DNA from: Octopus bimaculoides
Lineage: Eukaryota
Direction of reading: 5' to 3'
NCBI RefSeq assembly: GCF_001194135.2
Contig: NC_068984.1
Location: forward strand, 57,746,786-57,810,785
Length of the DNA: 64,000 nt
The position numbers and the translations under genes were made by a program. Positions 1 to 13,990 of this stretch are shown in pieces; position 1 is the first letter of the stretch; the number at the start of each line of letters is the position of its first letter. The notes below the pieces were generated by a model that made no database searches, was not told the DNA's origin, and saw nothing but the letters and a program-made list of their open reading frames with translations.

Positions 1-1575
1 ATGAATCACTTTTGGTTATATTGTTTATTTTTCTAAAATCTATACAAAATCTGACTGAACCATCTGGTTTGGATATAAGTAAACATGGTGAGTTCCAGTC
101 ACTATTTGTTAGATAATGACTTTTCTTTTACAAAATTCTGATTTTAACAAATTTACTCGTTTGAGCATCGGAACATCTATCAAAGAATGATCGTATTTGT
201 TTGACATGGTCAGACCAATTACTACTCACGACAAGTACATCATCAATGTATGAGTATACACTGTCTAAACCGTTGATTATATGGTTCATCAAACTTTGAA
301 AAGTGGTGCCAGAATTCTTCATGCCAAAAGGCATAACCTGGTATTGGTATAAACCATCAGGTGTTACAAAAGCAGAGATTTCTTTATCTAACAAGTATTT
401 AACCTCATTTCTAATCTGAGATAATTTGATAGGATTGACTCTGTATGGGTGCTGTTTTACTGGCCACATCATGTTCAATAGCACTGGTCCTTCCTGGGAC
501 ATGAGGGAACAGCTGGGGATACTCCATAATCAGCTCCAGGCGTTCATCATCTTTAAGATGCTTTAATTTGTCATCCAATTTTTGTAGAACATTTGAATTC
601 TTGAGTTTGGCTGGTCTGTGGATGTCATCAACCGCAAAGTTGTCTATTGTTGACTCTTCAGCGATTATGGTGACGGTTTGGACCTCTGAAACACTACGGT
701 CATAATACGGCTTGATCATTTTGATATGGCAAAACTGTTCAGACTTTCTTCAGTCATATGTTGAGACAATGTAATTGAGGTCAGAGATTTTATTTTTGAT
801 GGTATATGGTCCAAAGTATCAGGCTTGTAGCGGTGTACTGAGGATGCGTAGTAACACCAGAACTTTGTCACCAGGCTTGAATGGACAACTTCTTGACTTC
901 TTGTCAGACCAGGTTTTCAAGTCATCTTGAGATAACTTGAGGTTCTGCCTGACCATCTCCAATGCACCATGTAGTCTTGAAGTCTATCACAATCTAGTAG
1001 GCTAATGTAACACCGTCAACTCCTAACCAGTCCTCCTTCATGAGATTCAGAGGACCATGAACAGTATGACCATAGATGGGTTCAAAAAGACTAAATCCAA
1101 GGGATTCTTGTACGACTTCTCATGCTGCAAACAACAATGGAATTCCTTCATCCCAATCCTTGGAGTGTTCAGTGCAATAAGCCCTCATCATGTTTTTTAA
1201 TGTCTGGTTGAAACATTTCAAGCCACCTTGTGGCTTAGGATGGTAAGCGCTGGATGCAACCTGATAGCTGTTTAATTCGTACAAAACTTGCTGGAAAACT
1301 TTGGACATGAATTTGGAACCTTGGTCCAACTGTAACACTTTTGGGGGTCCAAAAGTTGTGAAGAACTTGATGAGTGACTTTAAAATGTTCTTGGCCATAA
1401 TGTTGCTCAGTGGGATAGCTTCTGGAAATTGGGTAGAGGCACACATGATGGTAAGCAGATATTGATTTTCCAATTTTGTCTTAGTTAATGGCCCAACACA
1501 GTCAATGATGACACATGAAAACATCTCTTCAAAGGCTGGAATTGGTTGTGATGGAGCCTCTGGAATGACTTTTTT
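1..1575 (-). mobile_element. Decayed Ty3/gypsy pol fragment with integrase upstream of reverse transcriptase (Gmr1-like domain order)
   Basis: On the minus strand the order is: integrase core (IIDCVGPL...LQLDQGSKFMS...SAYHPKPQG, 1524-1120), integrase C-terminal GPY/F motif (PLQA*YFGPYTIKNKISDLNY, about 840-770) in frame with linker ORF 719-411, then RT (FVTPDGLYQYQVMPFGMKN...YIDDVLV, 502-128). Stops and frameshifts are present. Confidence 0.85.
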
Positions 1576-2772
1576 TATACAAGAATAAATCTTAACTTCA
1601 TCAGCAATTTTAAATGATAATGGAAATTTTTTAATACCCCAGTTAATTTAATTATTTTACATTAGCAAATTATAACTGTAATCAATATCCTCATAAATAA
1701 CTATTTTATGATATTAACTACAGTTACCCAATGATTAATAAATTTGTTTTACAATGAACTCAGGATCATTTAATGTTCAACTCAATACCATGTTATGCAA
1801 AAATCTGAAAATATCAAAATTGTAACTGGTCCTCAATAAAACTCAAACCATCTAAAACAACAATTACAATATTGTCTTTTTAAATAAGTTAAATGAGGGC
1901 CAATGCCCATGACTTACGACTGTTGAAGGCCCTATCTTGAACTAGTCAGAAAAATGCACTTTATTTCAGTATGAATATCTGTACATAAGTGTCTAAAGGG
2001 TAAAATGTGGGCTGAAAGTGACTTCTATAAGGCTAGTTCTGAAAGATAGTTATGAGTAATGTGTTTAACAAAAGACCTAGAAAATTAGGCATGATGGGAA
2101 TGAGGAGAGAAGGAAGGGACGTGTCAGAAAAAGCCTGGATGGAAAGAGTATGCAGTTTAGCTGGTTTGCAGAAAACAGGTATCATATGTAGTTTGGTGAT
2201 TGCTAAGAAAAATTATCTAATGTATCCTGTCTTTTTGTAAGCCAATGGGTGTGGTTTAGGATAGATTTGGCTGTTATTTCTAGTTGACAAATGACCACTT
2301 AGAAGCTCCCTAATCATTTTTGGTGAAGAAGAAAACTGTTCTCTGCTACATTGAAAGTTACTACACTCACCCATTTTTTTGATAGAATAGAACATCTTGC
2401 CTATAAAAGATGAGTACTATATTTAATAGTGACAATATCCAAGATACTTCACATCAGTAACATCTTACAGAAGAGACTGATGGGTAGATTTAGTAAAATT
2501 GCATCAATGAAATTCAAACGCTCAGCCAATGAAGGACCATGTAAGCAATTAACCTTGCCATGTTCTCTTAAACCCACAACTGACTGAATAACCATTAGCA
2601 AGTGGTCTTCCTTGTAATAAAGTTGTCTTCCCTTACACATGCTGTATAATATATACACACACAGAAAACCTGGGCAACAATAAAGTGAGTTTACTACATA
2701 CAACTTAAGAAAAGAGGTGAACAATCTGATGTGTAACTTAAATTACTGCCATATACTAACCCAATTAGAATA

Positions 2773-5700
2773 TGGTGCCAGGAATATTGGTTGAATTGAA
2801 TTGGTGACTTCATCAATATATATATTACATGCGCTAATAGTTCTTTGATGATCCTATTTTCATTGTTAGTAATGTGGTTAATGGAGAGTTACAAATGAAT
2901 TTTAATCTTGCTGATGAACTTTAATGACTGTTAATGAATATTATCAAATTGGTAAATATCAACTCTTAGCATCTAACTCTATCTCTGCTGTTAACTTGCC
3001 TGACAAATAGCACTTATTCAAGGAGGTTTAGAGTTTTTGATGGTTAGTGAGAAGACTGAGTCAGCTGATAAAATTAAAATTACATTACTATTACACACTG
3101 TTGGTAAACAAGATAAAGATATTTGGGGCAATTTCAAATATTAAAAGGCCTTACTAAAAATATGAGAATGCCAGAGAAAATGTTGACAATTTCTGTGATC
3201 CTAAAATTCATTTCTTTGATGCTAGGGACAGGTTCCTTTACTCTGAAGAGCATGATAGAGATATTGATGAATATCTAACAGGTCTGAGAAAACATATATG
3301 TTAATTTAGCAATTTGACTGGCCAATTGCTTTTAAATACAATGATCCTTAGTCTGGATGACATCTCATTAAGATGCAAATTTAAAGAAACTCATCATCTT
3401 GAACTGGCTAAAGCTGTAGCTATTGTAATGAAGAGCCAAAAGGAAGCAACAGAAGCCCAAGGTAGTTGCTTTTGAATATGTCAGTACTCACAGATGTTGT
3501 AAATACAAAGCAGTCAGAAAGGCCCAAATAAGTATATAAAAATTTTTTAAAAAATAAAAATTAGTGCAGGTCATAGATTTGGAGTTCAGTTTTGTCCTTT
3601 ACATCACAAAGAGTATTATAAATGTGGTAACTCAGGCTATTTTGCAAATGTATGCTGCTCCACCAAAAAATAAACATAAAATCAAATAATTTAATTATCC
3701 TAAGAAAACAGATACAATGCTTATTGACATACTAGACAGGGACAACTCTTAATGAGTATGCATAGTGCCAGTTAAAAGTATTAAACATGAGGCTGTGTTA
3801 GGCACATATGCATAATGCAATGTTACCGTTGACAATTTCTAAACAGTTATTGAAAGTCATAACCAATATAGAATAAAAACCTCTTTTCAGATCATATAGT
3901 GACACTTGTAGAACGACCAGTGGTATAAGTACAGAGACTGTACTGTTTTTATGTACTTCATAGCAAATGTGTCTAATTTAAGAAACCAGTGACTGGAGTT
4001 AAAATTGTACTAGTCTTGAATTACTTCAAAAGGTTGAAGAACTTAAAACAGAAAACATGAAGTCTCGAAAATGTATTAGAAAAAATTTGCGGGTGCCTTT
4101 GAATGATTCCAGAAGCATTAAGAGGAGCTGTGACACAAGAACTAAAATCCAAAGAAATACTATAATACATTGTGCATAAGCCTTGATTCAATAGATTTTA
4201 ACTGAGCTACTTGAAATAAATATTACTTCATACATACAATTTTGCAAGCTTCAGTTAAAATGCTATCTCCTAAGATTTCACAGTATTGAAAGCACAGATA
4301 TCTTATTTAATAAATAGAGAAGAGTAGCAAATCATTCAATTCAATAGGCAAGATTTGCTAACAACAGTTTTCCTTTCAAAGTGAAACCAACTTCTGGGTT
4401 GTTCCAAGCAACTTTGGAACATTTGTTTGAAAGTATGCAATGTGTATTTGTGGTTATAGACAATATAATGATGTTTTATGAATCAAAGGTTGAACAAGCT
4501 ATTTTACAATATAGAGACAGCGGTTAAAACTTGAATTCAAAGAATCTTAGCTTTGAGTTACATGAGTAAAATATGTTGAATATCTGCTAACCAAAGGAGT
4601 AAAACTGCAACTATATAAAATTTCTGCTATTCATACAACTGTTTACTGATTCCAGTGGAGTCAGATTATTAAGCATGGTGACATACCTGGCCAAGTTTAT
4701 TCCACATCTGTGAAAATGAGAACCTCTGAGAAAGTTTACAGAAGATCAAAAGCATGACAACAGGCTAAAGTCAAGCAAAAAATGTTTGAACCAGAATGAC
4801 TATTACTATTTCCTCTTGACATAGTAAAGTCTGTACTATGAAAGTAAATTCACAGTTGGCACAGTTTCACAATAAGCAAACTATCCAACTGCATAAGCAT
4901 CCATGTCACTGACTCCAGCCAATCAAAAATTAAAAAAAAGAGCTAAGCCCAGTAGTTTTGGGAGCTGAGACCTTTCACAAGCATGTGTATAGTTTCTCAT
5001 TCGTAGGAGAGACAGATCATAAACCCTTGTAAATATTCTGCACAAACTCCTTACAAGTTTCTTCCAGGGTTGCAGAAAATTATGTATAGACTGTGCAAGT
5101 ATGATTGCACATTAAAATATGTACAAAAGGAAGAAGTGATAACTGCAGATACACTAGTCTTTCACTCATACGACAGACAACTTGGTTTAAAATTGATTTG
5201 TCACCAACAAATCAATTTAAAATCAATGATGAATGACACAAAAATTGCAGAAATGAAAGCTGAGACTGCTAATGATAATTAACTGGCTGAATAAGTACAA
5301 GTTCTGGAACAGGACTGACCTGAAAAACACTGTCTATTACCAGAGGTTATTACAAGTTTCTGGAACTGCAAAGATAAATTAACACATGTCCAGGGAAATA
5401 TTAGTCAACAAATACAAAATTATTGTTCTTCTGGTAACAAAACAACAAATGCTTAATTTATTTAGATTACTTGCAGCGTCTAGAGAAAGAGAATTAATGT
5501 GTTGGCCTAGGATATCAACAGATATCACTGAACTGGTTGACAAATGTGGTATGGGTATACAGCATCAGAGAAGCCAGTAAAGTAGAGATGCTTGAATCAA
5601 TACCAGTACTGGAATTGCTAGGATCAACAGTTAGAGCAGAATTGTTTCATATACAAGAACTTTCAGTTTTTCATTCTTGTGAATTACTACAGTAGGTTCA

Positions 5701-6600
5701 CCGAATATAGTGAACCATCAGACACAAAAAACAAACAGTCACAAACCACTGTTAATTTCAGTTTACAAGACATGATCTTCCAGTGAAACCCGGTAGACAT
5801 ATACTTGCAATTTAGCAGATAATTGTTCAATGTATTTTCCAATATTGAGAAGTTTGAGCACAACACTTCAAGCAAAGAACTCCTGGTCCCACACACTCCT
5901 AGACATATCAGAAAGAGCTGTTAGAATTTTGAAATCACTGCTACTGAAAGTAGATGATCCATATCTTACACTTTTAGACTACACATTAGTTCACCATTTG
6001 GTCTAAAACCTAGAACCTTATTGTCCATCAGTTAACTCCAGTTGAAATCTGATATATCTCACAACCTTGTCTATTCATAGAGTGAGTAAAGGCTAAAATC
6101 TATTTTAAAAGATCAGCCAACAATCTATCCCCATTAAAGACAGGGAACTTTGTAAATGACTATCAGTGAGCATGACTGGGTAACTGTAAAAGTAACCAAA
6201 TAGGTTGGTAACAAAAAAAGTTATATAATGACAGAGTTAGAAAAGTTACCATTGAAACAGAAACCACCTCTACATGTTGAAATAAACCTTTACCCAATAA
6301 CCTGCACTTAGCAAATAGCGATGTTGACAAGTCTAATGATGCTGTTTCATATGTGGTTGAAGAATTAACCATAAACCATTTTAACTAACAAAAAAAGTTA
6401 TCAATGTTAGATGTGCATCTAAAACCTTGTTGTATTGTTAAATTGTTATACTTGGAACTTGGAGATGCTGTGAAGTAACACAGAATCTGGTGAACCATAA
6501 ACAATACACAATCTGTTGAAAGGAAATGGGATTGTAAAATTCTGGTTAGGCAAGATAGTGATTTGCAGTCACAATACTGACCTAAACTGAACAACAGGTG
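2773..6600 (+). mobile_element. Highly degenerate Ty3/gypsy LTR retrotransposon (gag-PR-RT-RH-IN, standard order)
   Basis: PBS-like TGGTGCCAGG at 2773; gag-like KIKITLLLHTVGKQDKDIWGNF (about 3070-3135); RT VKPTSGLFQATLEHLFESMQCVFVVIDNI (4381-4467); RNase H ETDHKPL...LQKIMYRLCKYDCTLKYV...ADTL (about 4955-5160); integrase WPRISTDITELVDKC, VNYYSRFTE, ERAVRILKSLLLKVDDPYLTLLDY (about 5470-5990). Many stops; element ends are approximate. Confidence 0.8.
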
Positions 6601-7084
6601 ATCAATTCAAATACCTTCAGTTCTGAGTATAAATCCTGCCAAAATTATCAGCCTTTCATCTTTCCACAATCTGTAAGAAATAAAAATCATTCCAATAGCA
6701 TACCCAAAGAGAAGTTTTAAAAAACTAAATCAAATTCTATAATATTTCAGAAGCTTATTTCAGTAGCTCTTATAATCCTTTGTCATACAATGGAATGCCA
6801 AAAAAAAAATCATATTTTCATTAAACATTCAGAAATGCAAGAAAAAACTTGAGTTAATAATTGCTAATATTAATTCTTCACAAACTGCTCCAAAGATTAT
6901 AATCTATCAAGTTTCTGCATAATGTCACGATGTTTAAGAAAAAGACAGTTGATATTTCCACTTGCTTTGATATATTTAAAGATGTGATGCATTCAAAAAC
7001 TTATAATTAAAAATGACCTAAAAGAAATAATTCAAATGATTTATATCAAAGATCTTATATAAGTGGTAAAGTACAAAATGATAG

Positions 7085-8465
7085 TGGCATTTTGTCTATC
7101 TTTACATTCTAAGCTCAAATTCTATTGAGGCCAACTTTGCTTTTCATCCTTTCATGGTAAATTAAATAAGTACCAGTTGGACAGCATTTCATCCATCTTT
7201 ACGTTCTAAGTCCAAATTCCACCAAGGTTGAATTTGCTTTTAATCCTGTTCAGGCCCAATAAAATGAGCACCAGTCAAGTACTGGGGGTCAATGTAATCA
7301 ATTAGCACCTCACCAAATTTCAGGCCTTGTGCCTATAGTAGAAAGGATATTATTATTCAACAATGCTTTTGGGCTTTTGGCAGTGAAGGCTCATGGCCTA
7401 GTAGTTTGGATGCTGGGCACACAGCAGTTAAGTTGTGGGTTCTCATCACAGACTGGGTTGCATTGTGTCCTTGAGCATGTTGTTCCAGTACACTCAGCTG
7501 GAAATCTGTACCAGTAGCACATATAGATTAACCCTGCAAAAGACTAGTATCCCATTCAAAAGAAAGTTTTGTATATTCTGCCCAAACACCTTGAAAATCT
7601 GAATGAATTCCAGCCTGATGAACCTGCAGGCTCAAAACAGATGCTGCACTAACAACATTGTTAGAGCAGTGGATATAGTGCTTTGTAGTATACATGTCAA
7701 CTCTTTATGTTCTGAGTTCAAATCCCAAAGCAATGCATGGGCAGAATTATTAGATTATTGAATAAAATGCCTTGCGGTATTTCTCTCATCTCTTTGAATT
7801 CTGAGTTCAAATTCCATTGAGATTAACTTGCTTTTCATCACTCTAGGGCTGATGAGATAACGTATCAAGTACTGTGTTTAAAAGTATCAACTTAACCTCT
7901 GTGCAGCCCCCTCTCCTAAAAATCTCAGGTCTTGTACCTATGTTAGAAAACAATCATTATTAAGGCAGCAAGCTGGCAGAATTGTTAGCATGTCGGGCAA
8001 AATGCTTAGCGAAGCAGCATTTCATCCATCATTACAATCTGAGTTCAAATGAGGCCAAGGTCAACTTTGCCTTTCATCCTTTCGGGGTCAATAAATTAAG
8101 TACCAATTGCGTACTAGGGTCGATATAATCAAATGGCCCCCTCCTGCCAAAAATTTCAGGCTTTGTGCATATAGCAGAAATAATTATTATTATTATTACT
8201 ATTAAAGCAACAAGTTGGCAGAATTGTTAGCACACCAAGCAAAATGCTTGGTGGCATTTTGTCCATTTTTACATTCTGAGTTCAAATTTCACCAAAATCG
8301 ATTTTGCCTTTCATCCTTAGCAATATTTCATCCATTTTTATGTTCTGACTTCAACTTCTGCCAAAGTTGACTTTGCTTTCCATCCTTTTGGTGTCAATGA
8401 AATAAGCACTGGGTTGCATTGTACCCTTGAGCATGTTGCTTTTGATCCTTTAGTAGAAAGGATCA
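7085..8465 (+). repeat. Cluster of 5-6 same-orientation SINE copies (family A, plus one tRNA-headed family E copy at about 7383-7640)
   Basis: Recurrent units GGCAGAATTGTTAGCA...TCTGAGTTCAAATTCC...CTTTCATCC...AAGTACCAGTTG...CCTTGTGCCTATAGTAGAAA separated by (TAT)n linkers. Confidence 0.85.
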
Positions 8466-8519
8466 TTATTTTATTGTTACTGCTGTTGTTGTTGCCACTA
8501 TTGTTGTTCACTGTAGACA

Positions 8520-10850
8520 GTTATATTTTCAGAGTTCTGTGCAGAAGATATTTTTTTCAAGACTATATTATGCAAAAAATTTTGGGGAAATTCATTTTAC
8601 TATCAAGAGAATTCAAAAATATTGGACATCTAACCAATGACAAAGAAGTAGAGGACATAGCCAGGGACATCAGTACAGACATAGACATTTGGCTGGCCAC
8701 CTTTGCAACAACACTGACAGATGGTGAGCATACAAGTGATACCCAACACCACATGGTCTGCACAGACGTGCAGCTCTTGATGTCATTCGACTTTGAAGAC
8801 CCAGAGTTGTACACTGTTATGGAAACAGAGCAGAAGGCAATCAAAGTGATGGCACAAAGCAAGAAGCCCAGTTACTATTTGTGTGGAAATAAGAGCAAGT
8901 TGAGGACTCACTGCCTAGAAGAGAAAGAAAATTGACTGAAGAAAGGCAAAAGAAGAAAGAGGATGATAGAAAACAACAGCAGCAGGTTCCAGAAGCTGTT
9001 TCTAGTGTATCATCAATCAACTCCAAGGATAGTAAGAGTGAAAAAAAAATCACTTCAACCTCACCAAGAGGCGGTGGGGGCTTTCCTCCCAGCAAAGGGC
9101 CAAACAGAGACCATAGCTAAGAGTGTAACCCCATTATCACAAGACTATGGAGAGATGGAAACTGGAAATAAGTGGAAAACTACTAAAATACTAAAAAGGG
9201 GTAAGAAAAATAAAGATTGAACTTGGCCAGAAAATAAAGAAAGATTGGAGAACCCTCATTAAAAGGCACCCATCCCCATGAGGCTTTGGACCTTTACAGT
9301 AATTCAGAAAGAACAACTCTACCTAGTTGACCAAACACTGGCCCTTATAGGGCACTCAGATACTATGCTGATTAAAAAGGAGTTGAGTGACAAGAACTAG
9401 GAGCTTATAAATGAAGGACATTTAATAAAAACCAAAGTGGTGGTCTACTAACAACTTAGGAATTATGCCTTCAGTTCAACTGAACCTTAGCTCTTCATAG
9501 CTCAGCTGGGACTAAAGAAGCTTACAGGCAGCTTTGGAGAGACCAGTTTGTTTCCTATGTTAGACTTTCCCTCCAAGTTCATTTAACATATGCAGTTCCA
9601 TATCTGCTGTATAATATTTCTGATATCAAAATCACACTGCACTTCAAGGTGGAACTTCAGACATCCACATCTCTTTGAAGTGAACATTAGTTTCACATTT
9701 AGGATATCTTTCTGTAGGCAACCATTGGTCATTGGCTCATTTATGCATATCTAAAAGGCATTGAATAAGGTATATAGAGTTTAGTGAATGGCTCCAGAGT
9801 TAATGAGCAAAATTTAATAGCTTCATACATGGAACAGCCAAATGTACATCCAGGGACAATGCTAGAGTAAGCTTTGCAATGTGCACTTCCCACTTACAAT
9901 TGTTTGCCAAAGACAACCAGAAGTGGTAGCTTACAATGTATGATATATATTAATTCAGTATTATATCAACACTTCAGTTGATGATGATAGTTTTCTGCTA
10001 CTACTAAAGCACTGTTCTGGAAATGTCCTCACGTGCTCTCTTTATTACTAAGTTTTTGTGTTTTTCATCAGATTAAGAAATTATGTCCAAGTTATTTGGA
10101 ATTTGTAAGGCACCCCCAGAATTTAACACTCTGGATGATTGCCAGGTTTGTCTCATGTGTAGTGGATAAACATTAATCTTACAAGTGAGGAAGCTGGATT
10201 TCATACCTACTGATCTGAATTAGGAGTCAAATGTTCTTTGACCAATGAATTTAATTCTACAAACCCCAGTTCACCTAGCTGCTAGAATATACCAGTTATA
10301 CACTGGTACCAACCAGAAATGAGATTTATCTCACACTTGTGAACACTGTATAGTCATTGCTAAGTACTAATTTATATTGACACTTCAAGGTTTGTGAGAT
10401 GGGTAAAGGACTGTTTAGAATTCCGAAAGTAGAATTTGCCTCGTCTGTGTACATGTTAATTTCCACAGCTCTAAGAACTAGTCTTGGTGATAACCACAAG
10501 ATGTGTCTTTCAATGATTAATGATAAATTGTTAGTCTGCATTCTTACAAAATAAGACATGTACACTCTGATCCAAAACAATTTTCTCAGAGTTCATACAC
10601 ACAGTAAATTTTGCTGAAAGAAAGAGGGTTTTATACATTGTTTACATTCTTATGCAGAATATGCCATTCACTTTGCATTGTGGACTTAGAAAAGCTAGCT
10701 AGAAACTTTCTTTGCACAGAGAAACGAGAGGATAAACTCCTTGTCTACCTCTGCAAATGTGAAGTAATATAACAAATGGAACTAGTGGGGAAAGAGCAAC
10801 AAGCTGAGAGGGACACAGCCTGTTAACACCACAAACTGCAAAATATTTTA
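8520..10850 (+). mobile_element. Probable decayed L1/Tx1-type LINE (ORF1 remnant with degenerate CCHC knuckle; ORF2 heavily eroded)
   Basis: ORF 8414-8935 ends in KPSYYLCGNKSKLRTHC, resembling a C-x2-C-x4-H-x4-C knuckle, followed by a Lys/Ser-rich tail. Downstream frames are broken with only weak ORF2-like traces. The 3' end is a guess. Confidence 0.4.
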
Positions 10851-11039
10851 GCTTGGATCTAGAAAACTGGTAAATAACTATTGCAAATAAAAAGAGAGAA
10901 CTGTCTATATTAGATTTTTCTTCTCTCAAATGGGAAAAAAAAATCAGATATAAAAACGCTGATGGAAATTGAACTAACTTAGAATCAAAATATTTCTTAT
11001 AAACTCATAACATCTAATTTCAGAAGAAAGCTGCTGGTG

Positions 11040-12500
11040 ACTTGTACTATTCTTACAGCGGCCCGATTAGGGCATTTCCTGGTGGTTCGACAATGACAAA
11101 CTCTCCAGAAAACAAATCGTGAAATGAATAATCTTTAAACACAGGTTAAAGTTAAGCTTTAGAACTTGTTACGTAGTTTTCTAATCCCAATTTCGTTGAC
11201 AAGGTATCATTCAATTCCAATCAGCTTTACGTCATAAAGGATATCACGAAGAGAAGAGAATTTCACTATTGATTCGGCTTGAAATTTTTACTGACCCACA
11301 AGTAATAGAAAACTGAAACAATTTTAAAATCAATATTAAAATATTTTTCAATGAAAAATATACTTTGCCCAACTACATTGACACCCAAAGTCTTCGATCT
11401 TTAAAAACAGGTTAGTGCAAGTAAATATATTAAATTTCTTTTTGATGTATAACTTCAATATATTCACTCAAGCTTTAATTCTTTAAAAATAAATTCGAAA
11501 GAAAATACTGTTAGGATCTTAAAAACAATAATGGCTGGAATACATTCGAGGATGTCACAAAGTGAGTGCCCATCGTTTATGTTATGACTTTTAAGAAAAA
11601 TAATAAACACAGGTTTTCAGACATAAATACATTCAGTGGCGATTTTTATGAGAAACGTATTTAATTTGCATAAATTTAATCATTCGGAAAATTTACGAAT
11701 GAAAAAGAGAATGTATGATTATAAAGCTATGCTGACCATTTAAGTGAAGGTGGTGGGTGGGTGGTGTCATATAATGGACGACCAAGCTTTGCCGTGGGTC
11801 AAGTTGTAAACAAATATTTCACTTCGGAGAAGGCACCAAGGAATAGGAAAATATTTCGCTTTCTTACTCTATAAACATTTCTACTGATATATAAAACAGA
11901 TAACACGAAAAAAACAATTCAAATTCCAAAGCCTACAGTAAACAGAAAACTTTATCAAATTTACAGAACTACGCTTAGGAGCTGACATTTTAATAAACAC
12001 AATTATAGCCAAATTCTGTTGGATACTTGAATGATTCTGTCGAGTGAAATCATAATTAGCAACCAAATAACGTGAGGATTTAACGCAAATCATATTATTG
12101 CCACTAGTTTAAAAAGTATATAGAACAAAACGATGACTTACTATTTGACAAGAAAATAACGACAGTAAAAATACCGGTATGAAAGTTTCCGAGGAGAGTC
12201 CGAGGCTAAGCTGTTATAGTAGTTGTTGTAGTTGTTTACTTTATCTACGGAAGACCAAGAACAGCATAAAATTATTTTGCTGACACGTCTTGGAGATTGT
12301 GATAAATGAAAATGACAAATCTATTATTCTCCAATGTATTTTATTTGCGTCGTAAATTATGATAAACGCACTTCAAGAAATTATTTTAGCGAACATTATC
12401 ATGAAAATATTTTACTCTATTTCTGCCACATCAATAGATTCGACCGAATGATAAATTCCAAGTTGGCATATCGTTTTTTTAAAGTGTATTATTAATATTT
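11040..12500. promoter_or_regulatory. CpG-retaining, promoter-like segment with a candidate minus-strand first-exon donor
   Basis: CG dinucleotides are visibly more frequent than in the flanks. On the minus strand AATA|GTAAGT gives an exon end at 12142. Confidence 0.3.
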
Positions 12501-13787
12501 AAACGTGGTAATTATATTTTCTTTTAATACATTAATTTAAATTTCAAAATGGCGAAAATCATTATACAAATGCAGCAAAAACCAATTTGGGAATTATAGA
12601 AAAGAAAATACTTTGAGGTGAGGGTGACAGTATTTACTACAAACAGGACTTTCAGACAACTTGAATGTTACTAAGATATTTTGAGGTTAGGGGAAAATAG
12701 AATTCTCTAGAATAAACAAAATTTTACTTTTGCTGCTCATTATAATGTAAATTAACCAGGGAAAAAAAGAGTAAATTATAATTTTGGGTTTCTGTATGCC
12801 TTAACAACAAAAGCAAGACATGAGATATTTTTCAAGTCTTCATCAATGGCCAAAGTATTAACTGGCTATTAGTTTATTCCAAATTAGTAAATGTTGCTCA
12901 GTCTCTACAACAGAATCCCTAATTGCATTCCAAATCTTGTCAGCCAAAACATTTTTATATAATTAATTGTATCTGTTTTCCCTTCGAAGCCTTCTTTCAC
13001 CAATTCCCATCACATAATGCATACTATCCATATACATTATAAATTAATTCTAGCAGAGCTATTTCTTTTATATCAGTCAATACTGATGCTCCACTGTCAC
13101 TTTCTAAACAAGCTTGTTCTTAGACTTTCATATTCATGTTGCATAGCCAACAATTATATTCTAATCCTCCAGCTTTGTGGTTTATATTTAATTAAGATAC
13201 ACTTCAAAAGCTACATGTTCATTATGCAATCTATCTGTTGGAACATTTTAATCGTTTTTTGTTGGTAACAAAAATAACAATCAGTATATGCCTGTTAATT
13301 TTGTATTTCATACTCATTCACAGCACAAATTACATCACTTGCACCATAAAACTTTTATACGACCTCAAGCAAACCACCAGAGAACACACCATGGCCTGCA
13401 GTCTTTAACCACACAGCATTTATTTTATCAATTTAAGCTTCTGTGTGAAGCTAAAAAACCAAAATATACTAAAAATGCATCTTAAACCCTTTATGTATAA
13501 GAAAATGATAAAAAAAGAAAGAAAGAAAGAAAGAATAGACAGTTAGATGCTTCTGTTGTTGAACTTTTTTGTATCTTCCATGAATTGGAAGATCTTATTT
13601 TTGGTTGGTAGATCCTTGAGAATGAAATGTACAATTTGGTAAGCATTCAAAGACCAGTTTCAAAGTGTCATCTTTCTCAGGTTGATAACTTTTGAATTGG
13701 AACAAATAGTGAGAAAGTTTCTTGGTGGTTTCCACTAGAACATAATAATGATCCTATGCAACATTTTCATGATAATATATAGTTTAA

Positions 13788-13990
13788 CCCTTTAGCATTT
13801 AAACTGGCTATATCCAGCCTAACTGCTTTATGTCCAAACTGGCTAAATCCAGATCTCACATATGCCCAACAATGCCATTCTAAAAGTAAACAATCACATC
13901 ATTGAACTCTCAGCTATGAGATAATGCATAATTCAGAGCAATATGAATAAATAACCATTACATCTGACAGAGTAATCTGAATTGCAAACA
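13788..13990. mobile_element. piggyBac-type MITE (degenerate right end)
   Basis: TTAA|CCCTTTAGCATTT left terminus at 13784-13800; right end eroded (AATCTGAATTGC...). Confidence 0.55.
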
